From positions 13,702,001-13,766,000 of the forward strand of contig OX597818.1 of assembly GCA_951406725.2 (NCBI GenBank): DNA of 64,000 bases, written 5' to 3'. Position numbers and translations under genes: made by a program. This DNA is from Octopus vulgaris (taxonomy: Eukaryota). Each line of letters starts with the position of its first letter. Position 1 is the stretch's first letter. Of the stretch, positions 39,132 to 53,730 are shown in pieces. The notes under the pieces are model-generated. The model did not search any database. It worked only from the letters and a program-made list of their open reading frames with translations, and was not told the DNA's origin.

Positions 39132-39949
39132 AGGAGGCATTGTTCACTTTCTGCTTATTTATTTTATATATCCCATCATCTTTGTACACTCGATATACAC
39201 ACGATATATATGTAGGTTTGTACACGCGTATATGTATTTAAAAATCACATTATGCACTTTAAATACACAATTTTCGACATTCCTTTTCAAAATTTTTATG
39301 CGATGCAAACCCTAAGGATAAAACGAAATTTTGGACCAGGAAATTTTAATGTCTTGTCATAAAAGTGTAATTTTATACCTTACGTAGCTTGATTGCGCTT
39401 CTATCTATGTAGATCTCAATATATGTATAAAAAAAGGATATTCATTATAATTTCATATATTCCATACATACTTAAAGGAAAAGAAAGCATACAAAAATAA
39501 ACACACTTTATTCACAAGAATTTGTAGTTCAATATTGAAGTAGCTATAATTTATTATTTTGAATACGTTCTTATAGAATATCAAAATCTAATAACTAAAG
39601 CCAGTAAATTACAAAACCAAAACAGTAAAACTTAATACTTAATACAATGTAGCAGGAACATAATTATGTTTCTCTGATTTAGTATTACATGTATGTCAAA
39701 ATTAGTGAAGTATCTTTAGCCATTAAGTCTGGAGATGATGCACCACTTAATTTTTGTTTGCATGTTCATTCTCAGTTAATTAATATTTTAAATAATTTTC
39801 GTACGGGTAACATATCAAAATAATGTCAATGTCTGGTTTTCTTTGACATTCTAATTGTTATATCAACTCACGTAGAAAGTTGACCAGCTTGGTACTTTTC
39901 TCCTCACTAATTCAGCAGGTGCAGTTAGGAAGTATCATTTACTTCTCGA

Positions 39950-40160
39950 AGGCAGCGAACTGGGAGAAACGTTAGCACGCCGGGAGAAATGCTTAGCGGC
40001 ATTTCGTCCGTCTCTACGTTCTGAGTTCAAATTCCGCCGAGGTCGACTTTGCTCATCCTTTTGGGGTCGATATATTAAGTACCAGTTGCATACTGGGGTC
40101 AACTTAAACGACTTGCTCCCTCCACAAAAAATTCCGGCCTAGTGCCCAGAGTAGAAAGGT
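39950..40160 (+). mobile_element. tRNA-derived SINE with Meta-like central domain
   Basis: B-box GAGTTCAAATTCC followed by CATCCTTTTGGGGTCGATATATTAAGTACCAG. Confidence 0.7.
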
Positions 40161-41199
40161 ATATCCTGTATTCTCTATTTTAGAATATATATATACCTGA
40201 ATCAGGCCCGTACTGTCATCAGCATGGCCCTACAGCTTTCATTGAACAGACAACCACAGTAAATATCTGAACTCCACGTTTGATCATTTGATAAAGAGAT
40301 CCCTTAAATCCCGTGCAGCATGCAGCACTTTCTGTTGTTGTGAACTCAACTACATAACCGAAAGTGTCTATGCCACTTACTTGTCATTTAGCATCTTCAT
40401 TTCGAAGAGTAATATATTTACAATCAAATTCTTCAAATCAACTTAAACAAATTGTTGCATTCTAAATGCTCTAATACAATTGAATATCATAGTAAAAAGT
40501 ATTACATTTTATAGTAATTATATTTGTTTGGTGGTTTATTGGAACGAGTTTTGTTAAGCATTAGAACATTTGAAACAATAATCATTTTAATTTCACTGAT
40601 AATTTGTTTCTCTTACATTTGTTTAGACGTTTAAAAAATGAACCAAGAGAGTCCTTTTCATGTGCATAACTGTACTGCTCTCATCGAAATGTCTCGAGTG
40701 TCTATTTCAAATTCTTTTTTTCGCCATCTAGTGAATCCGTGTAAGAGCTGCAATAATCGTTCTGCACACAGACATTATATACAATACGCATGTATACATG
40801 CATGCCTGTGCGTGTGTTTATGTGTGTGTGTATGTTTGTGTGGTTTTGATGCGTGTGTGTGTGTGTGTACATAAATCTGTAAGATGTTTTGGAGTCGGTT
40901 ATCTAGGAAACGCTCCTAGAGCCACTGTCCTTCTAAACTTTGTAAACATGAAATATTCCCCAGGAAACAGTTTTTACTGAATAAACAGAGAGTAAGAATT
41001 TTCTTTCCCACCAATGAGTATAAATAATAAAAGTTGAAGTTTGAATTTGTGATATTACATTTATTTAAATGTTTTACAATTGTTTCATGATTACAGTAAT
41101 AACTATTATCACAGGTTGCTTGTAAACATGTAACTATTAAAACAACAGGAAACTGTGAAGTATAATATCACAATGTATATACATACACACACACACACA

Positions 41200-41271
<72 letters not shown>

Positions 41272-41302
41272 GAAAAAGAATGGGGAGTAGGTAAGGATAT
41301 AA

Positions 41303-41584
41303 AATTAATCTGTTAACATACGGCCCATGAACCATTCAATTCAGTCCAATACACAATTCAATTGCAAATTCAAAGACTGGAATAAATCCAAAGATAAAAA
41401 TAAAATACCATTTTGAATAATATTATGAAGAATATCATCAGGGTTAGAAATGAGATTCTGGCCAATATTATTCAATATATTATTTTATTCTAATCTTCGG
41501 ATTAATTCCAATCATTGAATTTGTATATTGGACTGAATTGAAAGGTTCGCAGACTTTTATTTGGCGGTATGTTACTAAATTAAT
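41303..41584. repeat. Diverged foldback palindrome
   Basis: Arms ~41303-41407 and ~41481-41584 (e.g. TTCAATTCAGTCCAATA / TATTGGACTGAATTGAA). Confidence 0.55.
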
Positions 41585-41586
41585 CA

Positions 41587-41970
41587 TCTCTCTATATATA
41601 AACGGCAGTTTGTCTGTGCGTGTTTCTGTGTGTCTGTTTGCTTGTACCCTCACCCTGAACACGGCTTTCAACCGATTCTGATGAAACTTGACACACACAT
41701 AGCCCAATGTCATAATTCAAAACTAACGCAGCGAAAATTTTGAAAAGTTCCCCCAGTTCTGAAAAAAATCGATAAATTCGATATGGGGTCGAGAATCAGA
41801 AACACGAACCACAAACTGTCTAGGGGACGCAACTCCACCTTTTTTAAATCTAAAAAAAATTTACCATCATTTTTTTTCCATTTTTTTGCTATTTTTTGGC
41901 TATAACTCTCTAAAGATGCTTTATAGTTATTTCCCTTACAAACCTGAGCAACGCCGGGCGATACTGCTAG
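41587..41970 (+). mobile_element. Complete non-autonomous Helitron (~385 bp)
   Basis: A|TC start, 3' hairpin and CTAG|T end. Near-identical to 53170-53533. Confidence 0.85.
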
Positions 41971-41984
41971 TTAGTCATAAAAGT

Positions 41985-42130
41985 AGTTTTGAAAAACTTG
42001 AGAAGACATTTGTTGTGAACGATGTTGCAGAAGGAGGAGTCAAAGTCATTCAGGATTACAATAGCATTCTCTCAAAAGTTGAAACTGAGAAACAATTTTT
42101 TTTGCAGATCGTTACCCGACTGCCACTAAA
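41985..42130 (+). mobile_element. hATm-like transposase C-terminal fragment
   Basis: VVNDVAEGGVKVIQDYNSILSKVETEKQFFLQIV resembles VVND.AERGVKL...QLLQVV. Confidence 0.5.
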
Positions 42131-43750
42131 TCCTCTCTTATTCAAAAATAATTTTCAATATTCTGTGTTCAGTGTTCACATTATAGTTTTGGTTCTATAG
42201 AAAATATTGTTGCAAAAAATGCGCTTCTCTCATAGGATTTATGGGCTTTATTAAGGAAACCTACGAAGTTTGAAGTTGTTTCATTTTATTTCAGGGGTTT
42301 GTCATATCAGCTATTGATAAATTTGCTTCAGATCGATTTTAAACATCTGTTGGTGTTGCCTGGATGAGTCAACATAACAGTAATCTATAAAAAAAAATCT
42401 ATCAACATAAAAATAATCTGTAAAAATTATTTGCAAGTATTTAAATTTTAATTTTTTAATTTTAAAGCGCAATCTTTAATCTAATTAGGGAAATAGCGCT
42501 GAAAGGAAACAATATACCGCTTTTAAATATAATTAATCGTTGCGTATATATCTTCCAAATTCCAGCGGGGACTAGCAGTTGTCTGATTAAGCTGACACTT
42601 TTGCACACCCCGTTATTTAGTTTATTGGAACAGGATTAGTGGGTGAAAGCAGCGAAATTGTAACTTCTTAAGAATTACTTAAGAGCCACTCTAACACAAA
42701 CACACACACAAACACACACACATATTCAATACAAATAGACTGCATCACCTCTAACACCTGTTTCTGCTTCCAATGTTGTATGGCATTGCCATTGATATGA
42801 AAACAAAATTTCATATTTGGGAATAAAACCTATCTGAAACATGGAGCGTCAGAATAAAAAAAAAAGAAGAAAAAGTTGAATATGGTTGTAATCTTACTAT
42901 TTTGCTTGTCTATCTATTTGGGATGTTAATTAAATTACTAAACTTAAAATAGCATTTGGTAGATGAATTCTATGTACTGGGGGATATGATAAATAAATAA
43001 AAAAAATATAAAATAGCAGTGGCATATGCCAATAGTTTTTAGTCGCAGAATGGTAAATATACAATAACGTTTTAATTTAATCATAATAATTTTTGATAAT
43101 TATTTTTATATTACTAATTAATAGTATTTATCAAAATAAAGTGCTAATAGATTAAATGTAATTTTGTTACTTATTTACTAGTAGATGGTTAAGCCATTCC
43201 ACCTGTTGTTCAAACTGAGAGACGCCAAGGTCCAGTGTTCGATATAATTGGTCAGTTGCAATTTAAAAACAGGAGACTTTGTATTGAGACCGTTATACAT
43301 GGTAAGATAAATAAGTAAATGAATAGAAAAACGTGTATGTTGCAAGTGGCCCTAACACGCTTAGGACAGAATATACTAGATTAAAAAATAAATATTATGG
43401 AAAATTAGGTAAATATTTATGGTTAATGGGAGGTAATAACTAGGAGAAGTAGCCTAAATTAGAAACTGCTGGTCTACTATCTGGTGCATCTTATCAGTGA
43501 GCTGACTAACCCATCAGACAATTGGACAATGATAATTTCACAGTCAATTGGATAATGAATCTATAAATCAGTCACCGTAGTGTTCATTTAAATAAGTAAA
43601 TGTAAACATCCCTAATTAAACTAATGATTACAATTTAAAAATTTAAATACTTGCAAATTATTTTTAAGGATGCAAATTCTTACTACAATTTGCTCATGCA
43701 TTCATACACACACAAAAATACTTATACATGCGTATGCACACACCCATATG

Positions 43751-43822
<72 letters not shown>

Positions 43823-44399
43823 ACTACGTACACTCACACACTCGTATGCACACTCGTACACAATAACCATGCACTCAGTACACATGCGCCTATATACCCA
43901 TTCAATCATAATATATATTATATCGTTATATTAACCCATACATGGGTACATACATATGCCAATTTCAATGATTGGTCCTCCATGCATGTATTAATACATA
44001 TAATAGCAATATTAATAGTACGTAGATAAGTGTTAACTTCAAAACGAAAATCAAGCAAATACATAACTAAAAGATGGTGTCGAGTGTAATGTTAGTATTA
44101 ATATGCTAAATGATTATTTTGTTGTGCGGGGAAGGAGGAGTTATGGATACTTGTGCACTTTATAGTCTAAATTTATGTTAAGGGTTAAGAGAACTGACAT
44201 TATATGAATATCAGAGGGTGTAAAGATTGAGTAGTAAAATGATGCAATATAATATAATATAAGATAATATAATTTAGTTATTTCGTTTGGGAGATAGGGT
44301 CCTTAATCTTCGATGGTTTAAGTGAAAGGATATTCATGCTAGGATACCAAAAATGAACCTAGGTACGTAAATCTATTAAACAAGCTTTAATTCTCTCAT

Positions 44400-44780
44400 T
44401 TCTGTGGTGACGGACTATGGGTGCCACTAATGGTGACGATGCATATTAGATGCCTAAAATTATTTATATCTACAGGAAATAAATTTACCCTTGTGCAGGC
44501 AGGCAAATTTAGCTCTTCCCTAGAGGGAAGTAGTTGGGAACCCCCTTCGGTCCTGAATGAACATGGGATTGCACCTAGAAAGTTACCCTCCGTAACACAA
44601 GTCCGGGCAAGTTTGTTTATGGAAGGCCAGCAGTCGCCCATGCATACGGGCCTCTCCTCTTCACACCACTGATGTTATCCAAGAGAAAGGCAAAGGTCGA
44701 TACACCAGTGATGTCACAACTCATTTCTACAGCTGAGTAAACTGGAGCAACGTGAAATAAAGTGTCTTACTCAAGAATAA
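44400..44780 (-). mobile_element. CORE-type SINE / RTE-associated 5' fragment
   Basis: Minus strand CTTGAGTAAGACACTTTATTTCACGTTGCTCCAG resembles the CORE domain. Confidence 0.45.
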
Positions 44781-44783
44781 AAC

Positions 44784-45030
44784 ACATTTAAACACATAGG
44801 AGGTGCCCTGTAAGGACACCTGATATGCTAGAAGGACTAGTTAGGGGTAATTCCGAAGGGAATGAAAAATAAAAACACTTACCATATTTTGTTCACATCA
44901 GCGGGTACGCCAAATATTAACATGAGCCAAAATACCCCATGTCTCACCTTTATAAACGTGGTTTGGATTTTGACTGGTCCGTCTAGCATGTTAGGTGTCC
45001 TGTCAGGGCACCATTTATGTGTTTAAATGT
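44784..45030. mobile_element. Short MITE with ~50-bp TIRs at TTTAAA
   Basis: ACATTTAAACACATAGGAGGTGCCCTG...CAGGGCACCATTTATGTGTTTAAATGT. Its right end recurs at ~45404-45490. Confidence 0.6.
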
Positions 45031-46094
45031 ACACTAATTTTATATGAATAATATATAGTCTATTGACTATATTCTGCATCCTAGGCCACTGGTAGAAATA
45101 TTTCTATAATTTTCCTACTCTGTATATTCTTCCTAATATGATTTTAGTAATTTTGAAGTAAGTCGACATTTTATTGGCTGTCAACAAAAATTTGTGCTTG
45201 CGCGGTACGTTGGAAAAATTATAATATCTAAAGATGAGATATGGGCTATTTTGTCTCATATTTATATGTTAGCTTTGGCGTACCCGATGATGAGAACTTG
45301 GCCTAGCAAATTATATTATTTGCTAATCAAATTTCGAATCCATGGTCTAGTAACAAAATATGGTAAATATATTCATTTTTCCTTCGCTTCGAAATTACCC
45401 CTAACCGTGGTTTAGATTTTGACTGGTCCTTCAAGCGTGCTAGGTGTCCTGTTAGGGCACTTTATATGTTTAAATGTACACTAATTATATATATATATAT
45501 ATACATATTTATTTAAAAGCATCAGAAAGTTCTGCTGCATTTAAACAAAGCATATTACTGTACCTCTGATATTTGAGTATCCATTCACCTACCATATCCC
45601 CACTTAATATTATCTTCATCCTCCGCCATAGTAATGGATGAATTTGTCTTAATTTTGTAATGTACTTTACCATGCCATATTCATTGTTGGTTTACTTCAC
45701 TTCTGTTTATTCTAGACCACATTAAGTCAGCATTGGTCTACTTCTATTTCATGGAGACTTCCTATTGAATTTGCTATCTCTCACCCCGCACACGAAATAA
45801 CTATTTAAGATTTTAATACTAAATTCACACCCTACAGCCTCTTTTAGTTATATATTTACTTGATATTTGTTTTAAAGTTAGCACTTATCTACGTGCTATT
45901 AATATATTTATTACGTGTATTAATGCATGCATAGAGGACCAGTTGTTGAAGCCAGCACATGTATGTACTCATGCATGGGTTACTATAATGACATAATATA
46001 TAACATAATTGATTGGGTATATAGATTTGGGTGTACTTGAGTCTATGAATATTGTATGCTAGTGTGCATACGTGTATGTGAGTGTACATATGTG

Positions 46095-46193
<99 letters not shown>

Positions 46194-47271
46194 GTGTGTG
46201 CATACGCAAGTACAAGTATGATGAATTTTTTGTGTGTATGAATGCATGATCAAATTGTGCTAAGAGCCTGTATTTAAATGTCAAACTTTTAATTTAATTA
46301 GGGATGTTTACTTTTACTTATTTAAATGACCACTAGGATAACTGATTTATAGATTGATTATCCAATTAGCTGTCTTATGGGCTGATCACCTAACTGATTA
46401 GGTGCGTTCGTTGATAATGCAGCAGTCTCAAATTTAGGTCACTTATCCTAGCTAATACCTCCCCTTAACCATAAATATTCTCACAGAATAAATTCATTAT
46501 TTACTGTATTCAGGTGATTAACCTTCCATGTTGAAGTGTCTTTGTCGAAAAATCGGTGCTGATAGAAAGTCTCGGGAAGAAAGTTTTTGTACCACGAGTT
46601 ACAAAAGAAGAAAACTCGATGTTTTTAAATGCAGAAAAGTCATTTCTTCCATGTCAAAGCATGCCTTCCCCGACAGATAGGCCTCTTGATCAGAACAGGT
46701 TTGTTAATTTTTTTGCAAAAGAACTTAGGTGAATATTTTTTCCCTTATTAAATTATTTACATGTCTGTTCGTCCGTTTTACACGACTTTATGCATTAAAA
46801 TATATTAACACTTTAGAAGTTCTTAGAACTTTGGTCGTCGTAATGCTTTGTTTAATAAAAATTCCTCCTCGTAATGATTTCGATTTGATTTTGTAATAGA
46901 CAGTTAGCATGCTGTAAACGCCAGATTGCAAATCGTGTTTTCTGATTAGGTAAAAATTGATTAAATTTTAAACCTTTGTCACATTTTTCTGCAATTTTTC
47001 TGGAACAAATAAATAACAAAATCAAATTTCACGTGGAAAATTATTTCAAAATACTAAATTTGAAAATTTTGACGTGATTTTAAAAGTTCACAATATGTGA
47101 CAGCAACAGGGAGAACCCTACACAAGTAGAGAGATAGACAGTTATAGGACGCACACACAAACATACACACACGTGCACGTGCACACAGAGTTTTACAAAT
47201 GATGTACACAAGGTAATCAGGAGTAGAAAATGGTGTATTGTAGACATATGTATGTACGTTCGTAATGTATG

Positions 47272-47349
<78 letters not shown>

Positions 47350-48132
47350 TGATGTGAGTATAAAAATCATCTACACCCTCTCTCCTTAAATCTACATATT
47401 CATCACACCCACTTTTCTTGTGTGTGTGTGTGTTAGGATGCATGTATTTATGTATTTACGAAAGTTTTTGTGCAGCATCGCGTGTATATGACAGCTGTGT
47501 TTTCGTTTATATCCCATTGTCACTCCATATTTATCGCTTACATAATGCTGTACTCCCCTTCCCTGATAACAATCACACTCACTCTGCTACTACGTTTGCT
47601 CTTCAGACTAATTCTTTTTTGCACCCTTTTCATTTTTGTCTAATTTAGATGACAGTTTATTCACCGCACCCTGTATATATATATGTATATATCCAAATTC
47701 ATGGAATGGAGAGGGTTAAATCTAGTCTAATTATGTTTCTTAACTAGCTGATCCTCCGATGTAACAATTACTCCACGACGATTATTCGTGTCAGTTGAAA
47801 TGAGTGGCGAAGCTGGAAGAGTAGAAAAGAAAAGTTTTAAAACTTTGAAAAATTATACGATCAATAAGTAAAAAACAAAACAGAAAGTTCCAGATCAAAA
47901 ATTTGGGATTTTTATACTTATTCATAGCAACTCTAGTTGCTAACCATGAGCTATCCAGAAACTTTCATCTTATTGAATTTCCTCGTAACTTCGGTTTGGG
48001 AAAAAGTGCGTAACCTTCGATGCTAATAAAGTTTTATTGTTGCTCCCCGTACAGTGTCCATTTTTGTTAATTTCTTTTCCTGCCATTGACTTCTTGAAGC
48101 TCGATAGTTCCTGCGCTTGGACCTCTGGATCT

Positions 48133-48190
<58 letters not shown>

Positions 48191-49319
48191 TATATACGTG
48201 TGTGTGTGTGCGTATATGTGTGTGTGTGCGTGTGTGTGTGTGTAATGTGAGAAAGTCTCTGTGTGTAACGATCATCAAAGTTTGTTCACAGACTAATGTT
48301 GCCATAACTGTACACGGTTTTGCTCAATTTTATCCGGGATCTGTATCAGGCACTGCATCCTGTGATGTATGCGTTCAATATGTTGGTGAAAAGAGCTATC
48401 GTTAAATTAAGATCAGATCGATAACTGCAGTATAGACGTAAGCCAACTACCGGTGTGGTGGTGGTCTTATTGAAACTTTGGTCAAACTTGATGAACAAAC
48501 ATGTAATTCAGCTATGACGTGAATTACATTATTAACATCCTTTTCCTTCTGGTAAAAACCTGCAGAATTTAATTAAATGTAGGTTTCGCTGCTGTTTCTA
48601 GAAAATTGATATGGTATTTAGTCGATCCCTTCTTAGAAAGGTTAGTTTTCTTTGTTATACACATAACTATTCATGTTGAGAATCTGTATGCACTTTTTAG
48701 TATGCATGTCTCAATATATGTGTATATTAGTGACTGGTTATATATACTTGATGGTTGTCAAAGACTAAGCTTAGTATTTCGTGAGTGTGTGCCTATGCGC
48801 ATTTTATGAATATACATATAGGAGCTTTTTATTTCCATGTATGGCATTACATTTGTTTCATGAATATAATACACGCACCAAACGCACATGCTTCGAAAAC
48901 CTCTAGATATAATATGTTTATATTACACGTTAATATGTAACTCCATACATAGTAATATGTAACTGCAAAAACTGGCAGGAAAAAAATATGAGAGATTTAA
49001 TGGATTAAGAGGCGGATCTAGCTCAAATTCTCGAAAGCAAAACGCCGGAAATATATTAGATATATAAAGAGGTTAGAATAAAATTTGACTTCTTTCTTTG
49101 GTCAGACATGCAAATTCTAGATACAAGCATGAACTACATTAGAGTATTTAAAAGCGCTCATTCAAAATCAGTCCATAATTATATACAGTTCTTAACAAGT
49201 TATTTATGGTATATGATTAGAGATATATACATAAATGAGAGCGTCTGTGTGTGTTTGTGTATTTAGATGTTCATTTAGGTGTTAAGTATGTATCTGCATG
49301 TGTGCTTGTAGTCGTTCCA

Positions 49320-49515
49320 TTAGTTTCAAATCCAGTAATTTCGAGAGTGGGGTAAGTCGATTGCATCGAACCCAGTGCTTAGCAGGTACATCGACTCTGA
49401 GAGGGTGAAAGGCAAGGTCCACGCCGGCGGTGTTTGATCTCCGAACGTAAATTCGGTGGTAATGCTGCTAAGCAGTCTTGTTTTCCGGCGTTGTATCGAT
49501 TCTACCTGCTCCCCA
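49320..49515 (-). mobile_element. Decayed Meta-like SINE
   Basis: Diverged reverse-complement similarity to 39950-40160. Confidence 0.5.
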
Positions 49516-49679
49516 CATTAAAAATCTCAATAAAGAACGATGGATTAAGTATACATGTAATAAATACACCATACAGAAAAGAGAGTTATGCAATGTTCAT
49601 TTAATTGGTTCTAGCATTTGGGACTTTCCAGTGCTGTCCTATCAATGATTTTAAATGTTGTCAGAAAGCAAGTAGTTTG

Positions 49680-49860
49680 TGAGGGGAGAGAGAAGTCGAT
49701 TACATTGATCCCAATACTTGATAGTACTTATTTTATTGAACCCTGAAAGGATGAAAAGTAAAGAAGACCTCGGCGGAGTTTTGAACTCAGAACGTAAAGA
49801 CGTGCGAAATAGCATTAAGCATTTTCTCTGTCGTGCTAACGATTTTACCTATTCGCTGTC
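49680..49860 (-). mobile_element. Meta-like SINE
   Basis: GTACTTATTTTATTGAACCCTGAAAGGATGAAA...CCTCGGCGGAGTTTTGAACTCAGAACGT is a reverse match to the 39950-40160 family. Confidence 0.65.
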
Positions 49861-51441
49861 TTTATGCCACCCTACCAATGCAAATTATATATTATTCCAA
49901 AGTGCACACACTACATGTTAAAATATACTATCATAAACTTCATTAATCAACTAATATTACTTCACTCACAATGTCTGATTTATGTACTGGTATCCGAAAT
50001 AAATGGGCATGCGATTCCGAACCGAATATCACATCTAACAAATCTAAGATTAAACGTTGAACATACTCAGTTATCTCACTTTCGTTGGTGATTTGTTCTA
50101 ATTTCATTACTGATTAATTTAATGGATTGATCACATTGTAAGAAAGAAAGTTTTGTTTTCATCAATGCAAATTGTGATCACAAGATCTACGAAATGAGCT
50201 GCCCCTAAACATAACTAATTACCATTGCAAACGGGAAAGTCATTATGGAGTTTCACAGAAGCATCTTGCATTAATATGTTGGTACAAATTGAAAGCCATG
50301 CTATGATTTATGTGATTTTGTTGGATTATGCATTTTTGTTTTGTAATACGATGTCCACAAATTAATTGCATCTCTAGAAAATCACCATAAGACAATTGTT
50401 ATTATTTCGGAGGACAAATTTCGTATAGTAACGAGGATTTCTCTAATATTAAATATGTGTAAATTTCGAATACATTCGAACAGAATGAATAGAAACGACG
50501 GCCATCATCTGATTTCAATTCATATTCAAGAGAATTTATATTCAAAAGAATTTATATTCAAGCGAAGAAATCTGAATGCTACAAATCATTTAGTCTGGTG
50601 CTGGGAATTCTAGGAGACACTGCTAATTCTCTCCCGTACCTACTCTTTAATTCATCTGCAATTTTTTATTCAATACACGGCAAATTTCCTCTACTGATTC
50701 CTTACATGTTACTGACGCAAAACAACATTGAATGTCTTACTTCAGCACTTTGATCGTTAAGATAAATATGTCCATACGTACAATCATCCACAAATATCCG
50801 TAGCGGTATTTTAGGATTCAAATCTATTTTGCGTTTCAGTCTCTTTAAAGTAAACTTAAGCGATAAGCAACACCACATTTTGCTGGTAATAAACTACACT
50901 AACCTCATGTAATATGATACTACTTGTGCAAGAATCTATACAAATGTTACTAACACCGTTTCTCCTTCTAAAATCAAAGCCGGATTCCATCATAAATCTT
51001 GCTTCCCTTACTGCAAATATCGAGTAATAAAATGGTATCATGTTTAGTATAGAGTATCAAATTGAATTTTCGAAAGAAAATTATATTTATGATACATATA
51101 TGTATATATCATATAAGATTAGTTTCCCAAACAAATTTAGTCGCATGAAAGATAGATAAAATATTATGGATATTATATATGCTCAGAATTTCATTCAAGT
51201 TCAGGTTATAAATGCTGCTTTAGATAAGAAAAGCAAATATTTCATGTGGAAATCGCCGTTATCACTGCGCAGTGCCAACTCTTCAAATACTCCTATTACT
51301 TAGAGGTGAAGCAAACTCAATGATTGTTTCTTTTTACAACTTAACATGAAATAGTTGTTATATATATGCCTGTATGGCTCTATGCATGTATATATGTATG
51401 TATGTACATATATGTATATAACTATTTATACATATATATAT

Positions 51442-51482
<41 letters not shown>

Positions 51483-51521
51483 CATATATATATATATATA
51501 TATGTGTGTGTATATATATGA

Positions 51522-51556
<35 letters not shown>

Positions 51557-52076
51557 TTGAAATAAATATACATAAAGATATTTTTATTGTTATTATTATA
51601 TTTAAAATTACCGCTGATAGTAATAACAACAACATATCATCGTAGATATTCATTTCAATATTCATTCCTCATATATGTATTATACACTCAAGCCGTTATG
51701 AATTTGCGCGGGGTAGTTCAGACTCAAAGGCGGTGAGTTCGTTTCTCTCATTTGGTAATATCTATTGAGGAGAATTGCGGCTTTCGCCAGAACATGAAAT
51801 CATGATATAAATATATCCAATTATTCATTCTACAGTTTTAATCAGTGGTGATTATGAAGAATCGTTTCTCACTAACCCGATTTCTGTTGATTTGTTATAC
51901 GTTTCAGTGTAATCCGGTGATTTACTTAAATATTTAGCAAGTAGGCACATATGCCCCCTTTATTATAAATATACTTGATTATAATTATAAAATTTACACA
52001 CACACAGACACATGCATACATGCATAAATACATACATACATATATATATATATATATTCACATATATATATATCTA

Positions 52077-52127
<51 letters not shown>

Positions 52128-52314
52128 CAAAGGAATTCACCTCTATTTTTTATGTTTTATTTATATTCGTTATAATATTAATGTAGAATATAGAATATAT
52201 AATATAAATAGTATATATAGTGTAAAGTGTAATGAAGTATTGATTGTCGTATTGGATAGATGAAATAGTGAATATCAAATATTAAGTGACCTCTATACAC
52301 AATCATACAAACCC

Positions 52315-52352
<38 letters not shown>

Positions 52353-52383
52353 TCATACATACATATATACATATATATACATG

Positions 52384-53110
52384 TACGAAGTCTGATCAAT
52401 ACGTATACGGACTGTTCCATAGTAAAGCACGCATAATAAAGCTAAATCCTGCAGATTAAAGCCGCCTGGCAAACATTGGCCTTATATTCTGCTGTGCACG
52501 CTTGAAAGAAAGTGCGTATATCGGAATTGTTGCATTGACCATAACATAAGGAGTTGTTATGGCAATATCTTCTCAAACCCTACGCAACGTTGCAGAATGC
52601 ATATGGAGAGAAGTGTATGAGTTGCACACAAGTGTACATGCGGTTGAGATGTTTCCAAGATCGCCGAAATAATGTCGATATTGAGGAACCTTCAGAGATC
52701 CCTGCAACCAGCAAAATTGAGAGAAACATGGCAAATGTGCGTGCAGCTATGAGGAGAAATAATCGAAGCACCATGCGCATGCTATCAGAAGATGTGCAGA
52801 TTAGTTACGGTTCAGTCAATTATCACTGAAGATTAGGATATGAGACGCATGTCAACCAAGTTTGTGCCAAAATTGCGTTCAGCTGACCAAAAGAACACTC
52901 AGGTTTCAGTTGCACAACATCTCCTTCATTGTGCAAAAAACGATGAACACACGCTACATACCTTTTTTTCCAAGCAGTGGTGTAAACAGCTGAAGTGAGC
53001 TAGAACGTTAAAGCTTATAGTGCATGCACAGCAGAGCTTAAGATCAATCCGTGCGAAGAGTGCTCTAGCTTCGTTACTATGGCAACAGTCCAGATACTTA
53101 TTTATCAGAC

Positions 53111-53116
<6 letters not shown>
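52384..53116 (+). mobile_element. Internally deleted mariner
   Basis: ITRs TACGAAGTCTGATCAATACGTATACGGACTGTT / AACAGTCCAGATACTTATTTATCAGACCTCATA. N-terminal HTH residues (LQNAYGEKCMSCTQVY) and KFVPKL. Confidence 0.75.
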
Positions 53117-53169
<53 letters not shown>

Positions 53170-53179
<10 letters not shown>

Positions 53180-53533
53180 GGCAGTTTGTCTGTGTGTGTT
53201 TCTGTGTGTCTGTTAGGTTGTACCCTCACCCTGACCACGGCTTTCAACCGATTCTGATGAAACTTGACACACACATAGCCCAATGTCATAATTCAAAACT
53301 AACGCAGAGAAAATTTTGAAAAGTTCCCCCAGTTCTGAAAAAAATCGATAAATTCGACATGGGGTCGAGAATTAGAAACACAAACCACAGACTGTCTAGG
53401 GGACGCAACTCGACCTTTTTAACTAAAAAAAAATTTACCATAATTTTTTTCCCATTTTTTGGCTATAACTCTCTAAAAATGCTTTATAGTTATTTCCCTT
53501 ACAAACCCGAGCAACGCCGGGCGATACTGCTAG
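53170..53533 (+). mobile_element. Non-autonomous Helitron (same family as 41587-41970)
   Basis: Near-identical body, hairpin and CTAG|T end. 5' end merges into (TA)n. Confidence 0.85.
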
Positions 53534-53534
53534 T

Positions 53535-53730
53535 ATATATATAAGGATAAGATCGTTATTTAAAATACCGACCATATCAAGTATCCAGCATGGGAACAAA
53601 ACCTTATAGGTAATAATTATTATCAAGATCATTATTAAAGCTATCTAACTGATACTACCGTGCTACAGAGAGCAGTCAAAACTTGACTCTAAAATCACAT
53701 TTAAATAACGATCTTATCTTTATTTATATA
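53535..53730. mobile_element. Small MITE-like palindrome
   Basis: GATAAGATCGTTATTTAAA / TTTAAATAACGATCTTATC termini. An internal segment recurs inverted at ~54065-54135. Confidence 0.5.

Larger units (their letters stand above)
43410..46480. repeat. Large diverged inverted repeat (arms ~43410-44135 and ~45783-46480)
   Basis: Collinear reverse-complement blocks, e.g. GTAAACATCCCTAATTAAA/TTTAATTAGGGATGTTTAC and ACGTAGATAAGTG/CACTTATCTACGT. Each arm has a (TA)n at the mirrored position. Confidence 0.75.
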
